DNA of 64,000 bases, from the NCBI GenBank assembly GCA_039545335.1, contig BCIN01000001.1, positions 736,208 to 800,207 on the forward strand, read 5' to 3'. Of this stretch, positions 1 through 15,044 are shown one piece after another. How positions within the stretch are numbered: position 1 is the first letter of the stretch; each line of letters starts with the position of its first letter. The notes under the pieces were generated by a model. That model was given only the letters and a program-made list of their open reading frames with translations, was not told the DNA's origin and did not search any database. The position numbers and the translations under genes are program-made. Origin of the DNA: Kondoa subrosea (Eukaryota).

Positions 1-576
1 TCAAACATGGCACCATTTAATTATATACCTACCGTAGAAGTGGCAGCTCCAATGCGTACCGAATAGATCGCAGACCTGATGCAGCGAGAGCTTCGAAGCA
101 TGTAAATTTGTAAGGATCCGGTCTTCTTGGTTGCGATGGCGCTTCCTCGACAGTCTGTGAGTCAGTGAGCATTAAATACACTAATGAAGTGAATCAAAGG
201 ATCAGCTTACCTCAACTGCGGCATCTTCCGGTTGCTGCATCACTCCAACAGCTTGACCATCTTCACCCTTCCTTCGCTTGCCGCTTCTGCCAGTACCGTT
301 CAGACCTTTTGCAGCCCTTCTCGCCTGTTTCTTTTCCCATGCATCTGCTTTCTCTTTGGCAAATATTTCAGACCAAGTCCTAATAGCGACAATTGATAGA
401 TCTCTGTTGAATTCTTGCACAGGATTCAAGAAGACATTCTTAGGTCCAGTACTACTAGTACTTGTACTTCCAGCATCAGCAGCAGCATCAACAGGAGGAG
501 CTTTGTTTGAGGTAGATGCAACTGGAACATAGATTTTTGCTGCTCCTTCGCTGTGAATGGCCATTTCGGTAGACAT
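1..576 (-). CDS. TRM1: tRNA (guanine26-N2)-dimethyltransferase, 5' part (runs off window)
   Basis: VFLNPVQEFNRDLSI and, in the next exon, FEALAASGLRSIRYALE are Trm1 signature motifs; ATG at 576. Confidence 0.92.
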
Positions 577-761
577 GCTTCTAAGTATTATACGCCTTAT
601 GCTAGGCTTCAAGAGCATGCACTGCTAGCAGGATTATCTCGATCAAGGTATAATCCGACGTTTGATTCCAAGCAATAATAGTAGCAATGCCAGCTTGACC
701 TGTCACGTCCAGCCCGATACACAGATTCGTTGTTTCTTCTGTTCTAGGGTAGTCTACAACA

Positions 762-2642
762 ATGACTGCTCCTTCTTCCGCTGAGCTCGAGCGACAACCT
801 CTGCTGCTGCCTGTCAAAGCAATTTCTACAACTCCCTTACCTAAACTCCAACTCTCTATACTACTTTACATGCGCTTAGCTGAACCGATAGCCTTTCATG
901 TTATGTAGCTTTTTATCTTCTCTTCTTCAAAATCTTCTTCGTCTAAAGAGCTCTCTCGTCAGATTTCCTTTTATCAATCAAATGATCGAAGATCTAGGCA
1001 TCGCTGAGCCTGAAAACGTTGGTTACTACTCAGGCTTCATCGAATCCAGTTTCGCGCTAGCACAATTCGTTTCCAGTATGCTGCTTCGCAATGAACTTCC
1101 ACTAGCTTAGGGCTGATATAATATGTTAGTACTGCAATGGGGAAGACTCAGTGATAGGATAGGTAGAAGACCTGTTCTGTTGACTGGACTACTAGGTGTC
1201 TTCTTCTCCGTCTTTTCGTTTGGCTTTGCAAGATCTTTGTGGGCTATGATCGCAGCTAGATGTTTGGCTGGATTCCTGAGTACGTCCTTTCACTGTTCAG
1301 AACAGAACTGAACTCATGAGACTCTAGATGGAAATGCTGGTCAGCTGACGATGCTAAGCTTATTGTTCAACTTTTTAGCTAATAACAGAGCAGGCGTAAT
1401 CAAATCTGCTTTCGGAGAAATTACAGATGCAACAAATGAAGGCTACGCTTTCGCTATCTTACCTCTCACATGGGCAATCGGCTCTGCCATCGGATTATTT
1501 CTTGGTGGAAATTTAGCCCACGCTGCAAGACGTTTTCCCGATCTATTTGGCCAAAGCTCTATCATTCAAGCATATCCTTACATGTTGCCATGCTTCGTAT
1601 CATCGTTGTTTCCACTTTCAGCAGCTATACTAGGTTATTTTTTCCTAAAAGAAGTTGGTCTTCTCATTCCATTGCGTACCAACGAGAGCTAATCTTATTG
1701 CCAGACATTGCAATTGCAGAAGCAAAAGCAACCCGATTCGACACTGGAATCAGCTCCGCTTCTACCTTCCGAATCTGAAGTGCCTCCAACTCTACTTTCA
1801 CTTGTCAAACATCGAAAGATTCTAGCTGTTCTCCTCAATTACTCGATACTTGCACTCTTCACGATGGCTTTAGCAACAATCATTCCTCTTTTCTCCTATA
1901 CACCTAAACAACATGGTGGATTAGGTATGCCGAGAATGCACCTTTAGCGGTGCAATGCATTCACTCATTTGGATGATTTCAGGTTTCGATCCTAGTGAGA
2001 TTGGCGATGTCATGAGTTTACAAGCGATCAGTGTGGTTATCATTCAATCATTGGCTTTCGCCCCACTGCAGAAGATTTGCGGGACAATCGGTAGATCACA
2101 ATATCGTGTAGATTTGTGGCAATACTAACGCTGTCTGCAGGTCTATATCGACTTATGATCAACTTCTACCCTCTCGGGATCTTGCTGTTCGCTTTGGCGA
2201 GTGCTTTGACGGGAGGGAAACAAGTTTGGGCGCCTTTCATCGGTGCTTTGGCTTGTATATCGTCAGTAATACTCTTCGGCTTGTCCTAATACTGGCTAAT
2301 TGAGTTGCGATAGGATTGGGAATATGGTCTATAGCTGCAATATGCTGGTCATTAACAAGTGAGTATAAATCAAGTTCGCGATTAATGTCAATCCAAGCGT
2401 GCTTCGATAGCGCCGCGCCAACCAAATCAAGTCTAGGCACCATCAACGGTCTTTCTCAAACTTGTTCTTCTCTCGCGAGAGCTATCGCCCCTTCAGCAGC
2501 TTCAACTCTCTTCGCATTCTCGATATCGCATCAAAATATCTTGGGAGGAAGACTCATCTGGGTTATTATGCTGAGTCTTACGCTGCTTAGCTCGGGCTTG
2601 ACCTGGACCTTACCGGATACCACACCGAGTTGGAGGAAATAG
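762..2642 (+). CDS. MFS transporter (ZIFL/YCR023C-like), paralog 1, multi-exon
   Basis: TPLPKLQ..EPIAF, WGRLSDRIGRRPVLL (MFS motif A), YPYMLPC, SLGTINGLSQT; GT-AG introns including a 12-nt exon. Confidence 0.9.
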
Positions 2643-2971
2643 AAAGAGGAGGAGTATATAAATCGAGGCTTGTATAAATTGTCACAATAGTGTAAAGATC
2701 ATAGAGCATTAGGCTAGTTATGTACACCATTGCACCGTGACTTCCATCCGATCTGCGATATTGACGCTTCAAGTTGCTCCAATCATTCCTTCACCCTGAC
2801 GGTGATCTCCTGATATCTGCAAGCACGCAACGTGATGCTCATATACCGCTTCGCATCTCTTCAGCTTCTGACCATTGTCTATTCTTACATATTTCTCATT
2901 GTGACTCGAATTCATCTTTTTATGGTCTTTTCTTTTCGTCCGCAAACACACTGCCTCATCCTCCGTTAGCC

Positions 2972-4703
2972 ATGTCCAGCTCGTCAGAACGAGAAGCGCT
3001 CTTGAATGAGCGTGAGTCCGAATCAGAAAGCCTAAAGATTACGCCGTTGCCCAAGCTACAGCTTTTCGTGCTCACGGCTTGTCGCGTTACGGAGCCTATT
3101 GCTTTCTGCGTCGTGTTTCCCTTTATCAATCAGATGATAGTCGATTTGAGGATTGCTGAATCGCCGTAGGCTTCACCTTGCCCTTGCGGTCGATTATGGC
3201 TGAATTCAGATTCAGCAGGGATGTAGGCTGGTACTCAGGCTTCGTGGAAGCAAGCTTCGCGGTTGGGCAATGCTTTTTCTCTTTGCAGTGGGCCAGAGCG
3301 AGCGATGTATATGGTCGACGGCCGATCTTGCTCGTTGGAATGGTCGGATCGGTGCTATCAACTATTGCATTTGGCTTTTCGAGAACATTGGCTGCGATGA
3401 ATGGAAGTAGATTTCTGGCTGGAGCGTTGAGTAAGTTAGTCATATTCACAAGAGAGAATCGATATCTGACACAGACCCCAGTCGCGACCGGCGCTGTTCT
3501 GCGGTCCGTGCTGAGTGAGATATCTGACGAGACCAATGAGTCGCGAGCTTTTTCTACTTTGTAATCTCTTTGCGCTCAAAAGTCAACTTTCCCGCTGATT
3601 TCGGTCTCAGACCAATCGCTTGGGCTCTGGGAGGCTCATTAGGTCTTCTTATCGGAGGCCAATCATCAAGGCCTGCCGAGCGCTTTCCTTACTTCTTCGA
3701 CTATCCCTTTTTCCACAGCTTCCCGTATGCCTTGCCCTGTCTTGTCAGCTCTTTGTTTCCGTTGGCCGGTCTAATTGTGCTATACTTCTTCTTCGAAGAG
3801 GTGAGCATGTTTCTGGCAGAGCGCGGCGCTGGCTGAGCTTCTTGCGCTTGCAGACATTGCCCTCAAAACTCAAGTTGACAGACAGCGATCAAGAGGTAGC
3901 AGTGAGCCCTGCAAAAGAAAACCAACTTGCGCATCCATCTACAATACGATCTCTACTCTCTTCACGGCCGATCTTGATCGTTCTAGCAAATTATCTCCTG
4001 TTATCGCTCTTCAGTATGACGATTCAAGTCATCATACCGCTCTATGCGTATACACCAAGAAGCTCTCGAGGACTTGGCTTATCTGTCGCGACATTGGGCA
4101 GCGCACTATCTATTCAATCCATACTCGTGGTCACTTTTCAGCTGCTCCTATTTCCTCCTTTGCAGTTTCGTTTCGGCACCACAGGAGCTTACAAGATAAC
4201 ATGTCTTGCTTATCCTCCAGCAATTCTTATTCTGGTATTCGCAAGCACTCTCAAAGATACGTCAGCTTCGTGGTACTGCTTTTTACTTTCCATAGTGATG
4301 CTCTCGTTAGTCAGTGTCTGCTTGTAAATGTTCTCGCTGATGATGAAACAGCTTCGCAAATATCAGCTTCGGGTGTAGCATGCTGGCAGTAAATAGCGTC
4401 AGCAAGCTTACGCCAGGTAGCAGCCTTGGCTTACTGAACGGTAAGTCGATTGCTCGCGCAACGATGTTTCGGTGCTGAATGTATCCGGAAGGTTTGACTA
4501 CATCCGGCGCAGCTGCAGCGAGAGTCGTGGCACCACCCGCTACCACTATCATTTTTGCCTTCTCTATCGAACATCAGCAAATATTACAAGGTCGACTTAT
4601 ATGGGCCATTATCTTCTTCTTGAGCATTGCTAATTGCTTGTCATCGCTGTCGCTACCAGACTTCAGGATACTCAATGCAAAGAATACAAGGGGCACACGA
4701 TAG
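2972..4703 (+). CDS. MFS transporter, paralog 2 (tandem with paralog 1)
   Basis: TPLPKLQ..EPIAF, WARASDVYGRRPILL, FPYALPC; similar exon layout. Confidence 0.9.
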
Positions 4704-4852
4704 AGAACGAGGAAAATATTATGGAACATTCTAATGCAAAGATAGCCCAAAGGCTGGATATAAAAAATACAAAGACCAGTGATACAGAATTAGGCCCGAC
4801 AGATATGCAGCTTCTACGAGAGATCTAGAGGGTGAGGAAGGGAAGAGCGCAT

Positions 4853-7855
<3,003 letters not shown>

Positions 7856-8699
7856 ATTGTGTGAGTGTATGAGTGTATTAGTAGTGAAGATGGGGGGAAA
7901 GCGAGGTGAAAGTTTGTTGAAGAGAAATCTTTGAAAAATCTTTTCGCGGCCACGCAGAACAGCGGGTACGCCACCGAAATGTCATGTACGAATAATACTT
8001 ATAGGAGTAGCGATATGAGTACAGTCATCATGCCGTCCCATATAGCTCTTTCGTACACAGGTCAAAACACCATAACGCGTTTACTTAGATCGATAAGTCA
8101 CCAAACCCCCTTGCTCTCGCTTCTCGCTTTGACGCGACTGGGACTGCTAAGCTTCTTCCAATGAGCTGTCCAAAGGTCACGGTTGATGAACTCAAGTTTC
8201 GTAGCTTACTCTGCAGAGACATCTAGAGATGAAATGGGACGACACAGCAGGCATTACAACAGGAACTGACAGAGTGTGCAGAGCGAGTACCAGATCGAGG
8301 ATACGCTGCAATAGATAACAAAATACCCAGTGCAAGCACGATTGAAGGAACTTCCGGCGTCAATTGAACAGGGAAGAAACGCGAAGATAACGCAATGATT
8401 TGGCATAAAGATGATAGATAGCACGTAGAGAGAGCTGCTCGGTGCGAGAAGGAAGGAAGTAGCCAGAAGCATGACAAGTCCGCAAATCCTGAAGTTCGCG
8501 TTTAGTACCCGCTGACTGAAGGGACGCAGAATTCCGGGCACATTTCGATGGTAGGGAGCGCATCAGACACTAGACGATCACGATAGCACAAGCAAGTATA
8601 ACCACTCTGTTTGGTTCACCTATAGAAAGCATCCGAAAATGCTATTTCACGTTCACTGCGTTTTCCACAAACAGTCGCCTTTCGATAAAATCACACAGA

Positions 8700-11183
8700 A
8701 TGGCAAAGCAGATGAAGGAGTTTACGAGAGAGGAAGTAGCCGAGCACAACAAGGAAGGCGACCTGTGGTGTATCGTCGACACAAGTGTCTATGATTTGAG
8801 CAAGTTCAGCGATCTGCATCCAGGAGGGGCGAATGTATTGTTGGATGCCTCTGTCGCTGGCAAAGATTCGTATGTTCCCATATCATGATTGCTATAGTGC
8901 TCGCCTCATCCATGCTCTTTCAGGACCAAGATCTTCTTTGGCTTACACAGATCTGAGGTTCTGTATGTTATTCTCCTCCTTGAATATCAGGCTTTGCTCA
9001 TGTGGTTCACAGCAAGAAGTATCAGCGATTGAAGATTGGTACTATCAAAGGCGAGAAGAGCAAATACATTCTCCCAGTGGACGGAGCAAACAGTACAGTC
9101 CCCTATGGAGAACCTCTATATCTACGACCAGGTTTCAGCAACCCATACTACAAGAAATCCCACTACGATCTACAGAAAGCTGCTCGTCTTTTCTTTGACG
9201 AAAACATAAGAGAGGAAGCAATGGCTCATGAATTGTCTGGACAAAGACCTACTAAAGAATTGATCAAGAAGATGGGTCAACCTGGTATTGAGCTCAATGC
9301 TATGCGTCTTGGTCCTGGCAAGCATTTGCATGGTCGGAAACTGCTCGGTGGTGTTAAGGGCGAAGAATTTGATTCGTTCCATGAATTGATTTTGTCGCAA
9401 GAAGTAGCTAGATTGGGTGCTAGAGGCTATTACGATGGATTGGGAGCAGGAATGTAAGCTTCATTTCATCATATCTAATGCCTGGATGAGTACTGACTTC
9501 AATTGCAGGTGGATCGGTTTGACACCTTTGATCAACTACGAATGCGGTCACGCAGATCGGTACGTCTTAATCTACTGGCTTCTTGATGTCGAGCTGACCT
9601 TCGCTCAGGGAGGTCGTGCCAAAGGTTCTAGCTGGGGATAAGTAAGCTTCAATCTTGTATTCGTTCGGTCGTTGCTCATCCTCTATCAGATTTATCTGCT
9701 TGGCTATTTCAGAAGCTTTCGCTGGATCAGACGTAGCAAGCATGTAAGACAAATTATTAAGTCTTTGCCTGATGTTCACGTCCTAAATCCTGCACGATAG
9801 GCGAACCACAGCCAAAAAGACTGCCGACGGCAAACACTACATCATCAACGGCACAAAGAAATGGTGAGCTGCCTTTTGTGTCGTATTCTACCTTATTGAG
9901 CTCCTACGCAAGGATCACGAACGGAACCTTTGCGGACGTAAGCAAATCTACCTGATTGCCAGATCAAAGTCTTGACTCTTCGACATAGTACTTTTCTGTC
10001 GGTTGTCGAACGGGAGAAAATGAACTTTCCCTGATCCTGGTTCCAAGACAAGATGGACTGGAAACGAAACCGATCAAGACCTCATACTCTGCAGCAGCTG
10101 GAACCGCTTATGTTACTTTTGATGATGTTAAAGTACCTGTTGAGAACTTGATTGGCAAAGAAGGTGATGGTCTCAAGATTATTGTGAGCAATTTTCGATA
10201 CCTTAATGTAGAATTCTTCTGATTTATTTGAGGTTTCAGTTGAGCAATTTCAATCATGAGCGGTAAGCTTATGTTTCGGTACGTTGATGTAGAATTTTTT
10301 CTAATTTTTTTTCAGCTGGAATATGGCTGTCATTACTGCTCGTTGGACACGCTTCATTACTGAAGAAGCTTTCAAATGGTCAGTTACCGGCATCAGAATC
10401 GCCGGCCATGCTGATTATTCATTATAGGGCGCATCAACGAGAAGTCTTTGGCAAACCTTTAATTGACCGTAAGTCCAGTACGCATCCTGAGTGAGAAAGA
10501 TATCAATTCTTGTTCAGAACCTGTTGTTCGCGCCAAGGTGAATCGCTCTTGCAGTGTAATGACCACATGCTGAAATAACGCTCCAGTTTGGCAAAATGTT
10601 TGCGACATCTGAAGCAGTTCAAAGGTAGGTGTATTTCACTCTCTGAAAACGGAACTTGATCTGACATGCGAGAACAGCTGGCTGGAGACTATTACCCACC
10701 AAATGTGTACTATGACTTATCAGCAGCAATCGCAACTTCTTGCTGGTCCAATAGGGTTGCTGAAATACTATTCAACTCGTGTAATGTGAGTTTTCGAAAC
10801 TTTGATCACCTTCATGCTCATTTTCGATTAGCCATGACGTGGTGGACGATGCTGTGCAGATCTTCGGCGGACGCGCGCTCACTCAGGGAGGTATGGGTCG
10901 GTTCATAGAAATAGCACAGCGAACATACAAGGTTAGTCTGCGCCTTGCGGTCCGCGGGACGCAACTTATGCTCTGAATAGTTCGACGCTATCCTCGGAGG
11001 TGAGCCAGGCCAAGTGCTTTGTCGGAATCTTGCTGACTTGCTTTCCCTTTTCTAGGTTCGGAAGAGATTTTGGCGTAAGCAACATATTTTACTGAGAAGT
11101 GCAATACCTACTAATTTTTTGACTACTATAGTGATCTTGGTGTCAAGCAAGCGCGGAAGACTATGCCTTTGGCTATGTTGTGA
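8700..11183 (+). CDS. Acyl-CoA dehydrogenase with N-terminal cytochrome b5 domain, many small exons
   Basis: EEVAEHN..VYDLSKF..HPGG (cyt b5); CLAISEAFAGSDVA, INGTKKWITNG, NFNHER, QIFGGR, ILGGSEEI (ACAD). Confidence 0.93.
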
Positions 11184-11424
11184 TTCTCATCATTTTGTGT
11201 ATGGTGTGCATTTGTAAGGAGTTTTCCGTTATATTAGTGAAGATGCGCGCTCGGGCATAGTGTCTTTATCTCTGCTTGACATCCGAGAAGGACCGTTGCA
11301 CTAATCCATTATTGTGTACTCCATGCAAGCCGAATGCGGCGATATTACGTAATCAATGTGATTCAAGCGTCATGTTCACCTTCTCGAAATCCACTCTCTG
11401 GGTCCTCTTCAACCACATTTCATC

Positions 11425-12804
11425 ATGCCTAAAGTATTCTTCATCACCGGGTAGGCCAAGCGAGTGCTCTATGAAAGCTTCACTGACATTTCACGTCTTT
11501 CAAGCTGCTCGACTGGATTCGGTTTCCATTACGCTCAGGCTGTTCTAGACGGAGGCGATCACTGCGTTGCCAGTCAGTCCGCAAGAAGTCCGGCCTCATT
11601 TTGTTGAGCTGATCGTAATTGTGATTCAGCTGCCCGAAACAAGGACAAGCTCGAATTCAAAAACACTACCAATGACAACTTCCTCGCGCTTTCTTTGGAT
11701 GTGACTGATTCGAAGAGCATCTCTGAAGCTTTCAAGGCCGCTTTGGATAAGTTCGGTCAAATCGAGTGAGTGTTATGCTGCATCGCGGAAGGCCGATCTG
11801 ATTTTGAATTACAGCGTCGTTTGTAACAACGCAGGCTTCGGTTTGGCTGGGCCTTTCGAGACTCTTAGCGAAGCTCAGATCCGCAAGCAAATGGATGTCA
11901 ATTGTAAGCACGCACCAGACTATAAAGTACGAAGTATTGACACTACATGACAGTCTTTGGCTTGATCGATGTTACTAGAGCTGCTCTGGAGACTATGCGC
12001 GAGAAGTAGGTCTACTTGAGATTCAAATGTACAAACTTACATTGTGTACAGGAACAAGAAGCAAGGAGGTTTGATTCAGCAGATCACAAGTATTGGAGGA
12101 CAGACAGGTGTCCCGAACTTCACCATCTAGTACGTATAAGCGACTCTCTAATGCTGGCTTTGACTGAATTTGCCCTTCATCAGCTGCGCTAGCAAGTTCG
12201 GTAAGGTCCTATATTATTCTTTTTGACTCTGGTACTCATGCTCCCTTCCGTTATATAGCTGTCGAAGGTTACACCGAGGCTCTTCAACAAGAATTGAAAC
12301 CAGAATGGAACATTCACTTAACGTGCGTCGAACCAGGAGGATTCCGAACTGATTGGGCAGGAAGAAGTATGGTATTCGGTGAGAACAAGCTTGCGGCTTA
12401 CGAGTGAGTGCACATTAGAGTTTCTCTGCACGATTGGCAACTGACAACTCTCCCTCTTTAGTCACATCGACGCCGAGAAAGCTATGGGAGAGCGCAATGG
12501 CAAGCAAGTCGGAGATCCTAAACGCGGTGGTCAAGCTATGTACGAGGTGAGTTTTGCACAGTCAGCTTTGCTTCCAGTCCTGAATCTTCCTTCAGCTTGG
12601 CAAAGCCTCTGATCCACCCGTGAGCTGTCTTTTGATGCCGCAATATTATATCTAACAACGAGGGAGCAGGCTCGCGTAGTCCTCGGTTCTGATGCTTACG
12701 AGAGGGTATCTAAGAAGTACGGCCCAGAAGGCCACATCAAGGGTTACAAAGCCTGGGAGAAGCTTTCGCTCGGCACAGATGTTGACGACGATCAAAAGGC
12801 TTAG
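11425..12804 (+). CDS. Short-chain dehydrogenase/reductase
   Basis: Spliced MPKVFFITGCSTGFG (TGxxxGxG), NNAGFG, YCASKF (YxxxK), VEPGGFRTDW; missed by the ORF track because exons are short. Confidence 0.9.
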
Positions 12805-12886
12805 ATCCTGCTCAAGCTGCTCAAGTAATAAAATGCAAAAATATGTCTATGTCTCGTAATCTATGCGCGGTATCGACTTTCCCTTT

Positions 12887-14848
12887 CTATACTCTAGGTT
12901 GTTGCCTCCAAGCCGGAGGTGATGACGGCAATGTCCAAGTTAATGCAGAACTGATCACCGATAACATTAGCATCACTACCCAAATCAGTTTCCCGCCGAG
13001 TAAATTGGTATGCGAAATAGAAAAGGCGAAGAGTGATGATGCAGCTGCCGGACTGATTCCTCTGACCATGCTTGAGCAGGTTTGAGCTAGACCTATACGA
13101 CACGTGAGCAAGGAAGAACAGCAAAAAGTTGAGTGCTGACCGTTCATCGAGCCTAGAGCTGATTTGCTAGGTGCCGCCGAATTGATGACGAGCATATTGC
13201 AGCTATATACCATCTGTAATTGGGTCAGATTGAATATCAGTAGACAGAGTTTAGCATACATTGCCCAATCTGATCAATAATGAGTACTGCAGAAAGATGC
13301 GTTATAAGGGAATTTACGCTAAAGAGGCCAGAGACAGTATAAAAGGTGTCCATAGTCCTTGATCGTTACAGGCGGAGGAGATTGCGAGCAGAAGAATACC
13401 GAGAGTGTTGAAATTAATCATCAGTCGATAAAGCGATATGGTGCCAAACCACTTTTGCAGGGGTGCAAAGAGTATAGACTGAATGACTATAACAGCAATA
13501 GCTCGCAATCCAAGTACATTGCCGATGCTAGCCGGAGTCAAGCCTGGCAAGTAGCATCATAAGTAATCTATGTTGCGTTCAATTTGAAAGGCTTGATCCA
13601 TACCTAATCCACCTTGACGACGAGGTGTAAAAGCGAAAAGAGGCAGAATGACCGCAGTAGCGTTTGTGATGAAAGCTGTGGCACAGAAACGTTTTCATAA
13701 CAGAAGCTGTGATTTCACCAGACATCGCTTACCGAGAACGGAGTAGTTCAACAGAACAGTGACGATCTTGCGATTCTGGAGAAGCGACAGTATAGTGGGT
13801 GGAGGTTCTTGCGGTGCAGGTGGCAGAAGAGGAGCTTCCTCAGAGCTTAAGCTGTCCTTAGGCTGCTTGATCTTCGATGAAAGAGTCTGGGTCATTTATC
13901 AGCTACTGTGTCGAATAATATAGGCTATTGAGCTTACCTCCTTAAGACAGAAGTATCCCAGCAAAGCACCTAAGAGCGGGAAAGATGCAGACACCGCGCA
14001 AGGCAGAAGATAAGGATACTGGCGCAGCAGCTGACTATCTCCGAAGATGTCAGGGAAACGTTCGACTGGATTGGATAGTTGGCCGCCGATAAACATGCCA
14101 GCTGCTGATCCGATTGACCAAGTTATCGGCATCATTGCAAAGACTGTCCCTTCATTGCTTGAGTTTGTTAACTCGCCTGATTGACCATCAGCGGCTCGTG
14201 AGAGTGGTAAAGATGTTCCGTACCTAGCGCACTCTTCAAAACGCCAGCATTCCCGTTCAGAACCCCAGAAATGCACCTGTGTGTGTGGAGTGGCCTAACG
14301 TCAATACAGCGCTTCTCAAAACCAGCTGCAAATGCACCTCGCAGCAATCATTTGCTGAATTGACCTGCTAAAACCAAAAGCGAAAACAGATAGAGCTGTC
14401 CCAAACAGCCCGGAAGTCAAGATTGGTCTTCGTCCTACACGGTCAGAAGCGCGACCCCCTTCAACAAAGATATGGGCAAGATGCGAGACCAAAAAGGAAT
14501 AGCAGCTTACACTGCAAGATGAAGAGGACTTGACTCAGAGCAAAAGCAGACTCTATCAGACCAGAGTAGTAGCCAACTTTCGACTTTTCGATACCCAGAT
14601 CCGAGACCATTTGGTTCACGAACGGGAGCTGAGGAAGAAACATCAATTGATGCTTTGGCGGAAGAAACGAAGAAGTGCTCACGATAGAGTGAAATGCGAC
14701 CTACAATGTAGAAGAGCAAATATAAGTGAAAAAGAGAATGCCACCATGAAGCTTCACAAACAGGCTCAGAAATTCGCATAAACATAAGAATGGTGATCTG
14801 CCATTTGGGCAGCCGTGTGCTAGGCAGCAAATTGTCCGTTTCGGACAT
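12887..14848 (-). CDS. MFS transporter, paralog 3 (inverted relative to paralogs 1 and 2)
   Basis: RLPKWQ..ISEP, GRASDRVGRRPIL, YPYLLPC, ALGSMNGLAQT; close similarity to paralog 1. Confidence 0.9.
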
Positions 14849-15044
14849 ATAGACGCGAGAAACAAGGTGAAGGAAGCGAAAGAGAATATTCTCATCAAGT
14901 TGTCGAGCAACGCTGACATCCTCGCACTTGAGCACGATACTGGCTGCACAGAATACCACTTTTGCGATTCCCCAAAGTATTGGAGGAGCTCTACGCCGTG
15001 TCTGCTGGCCAGAGCTTGAATTGTCGCGAAGTCAAGACTCGAGA

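Noticed and set aside
8223..8563. Hydrophobic minus-strand ORFs between DBP2 and the ACAD gene
   Set aside because: Longest ORF starts at GTG, no convincing splice model or known motif; a small gene cannot be excluded
8700..14848. ACAD + SDR + MFS as a secondary-metabolite cluster
   Set aside because: No backbone synthase or cluster regulator; cyt b5-ACAD fusions are common in fungi
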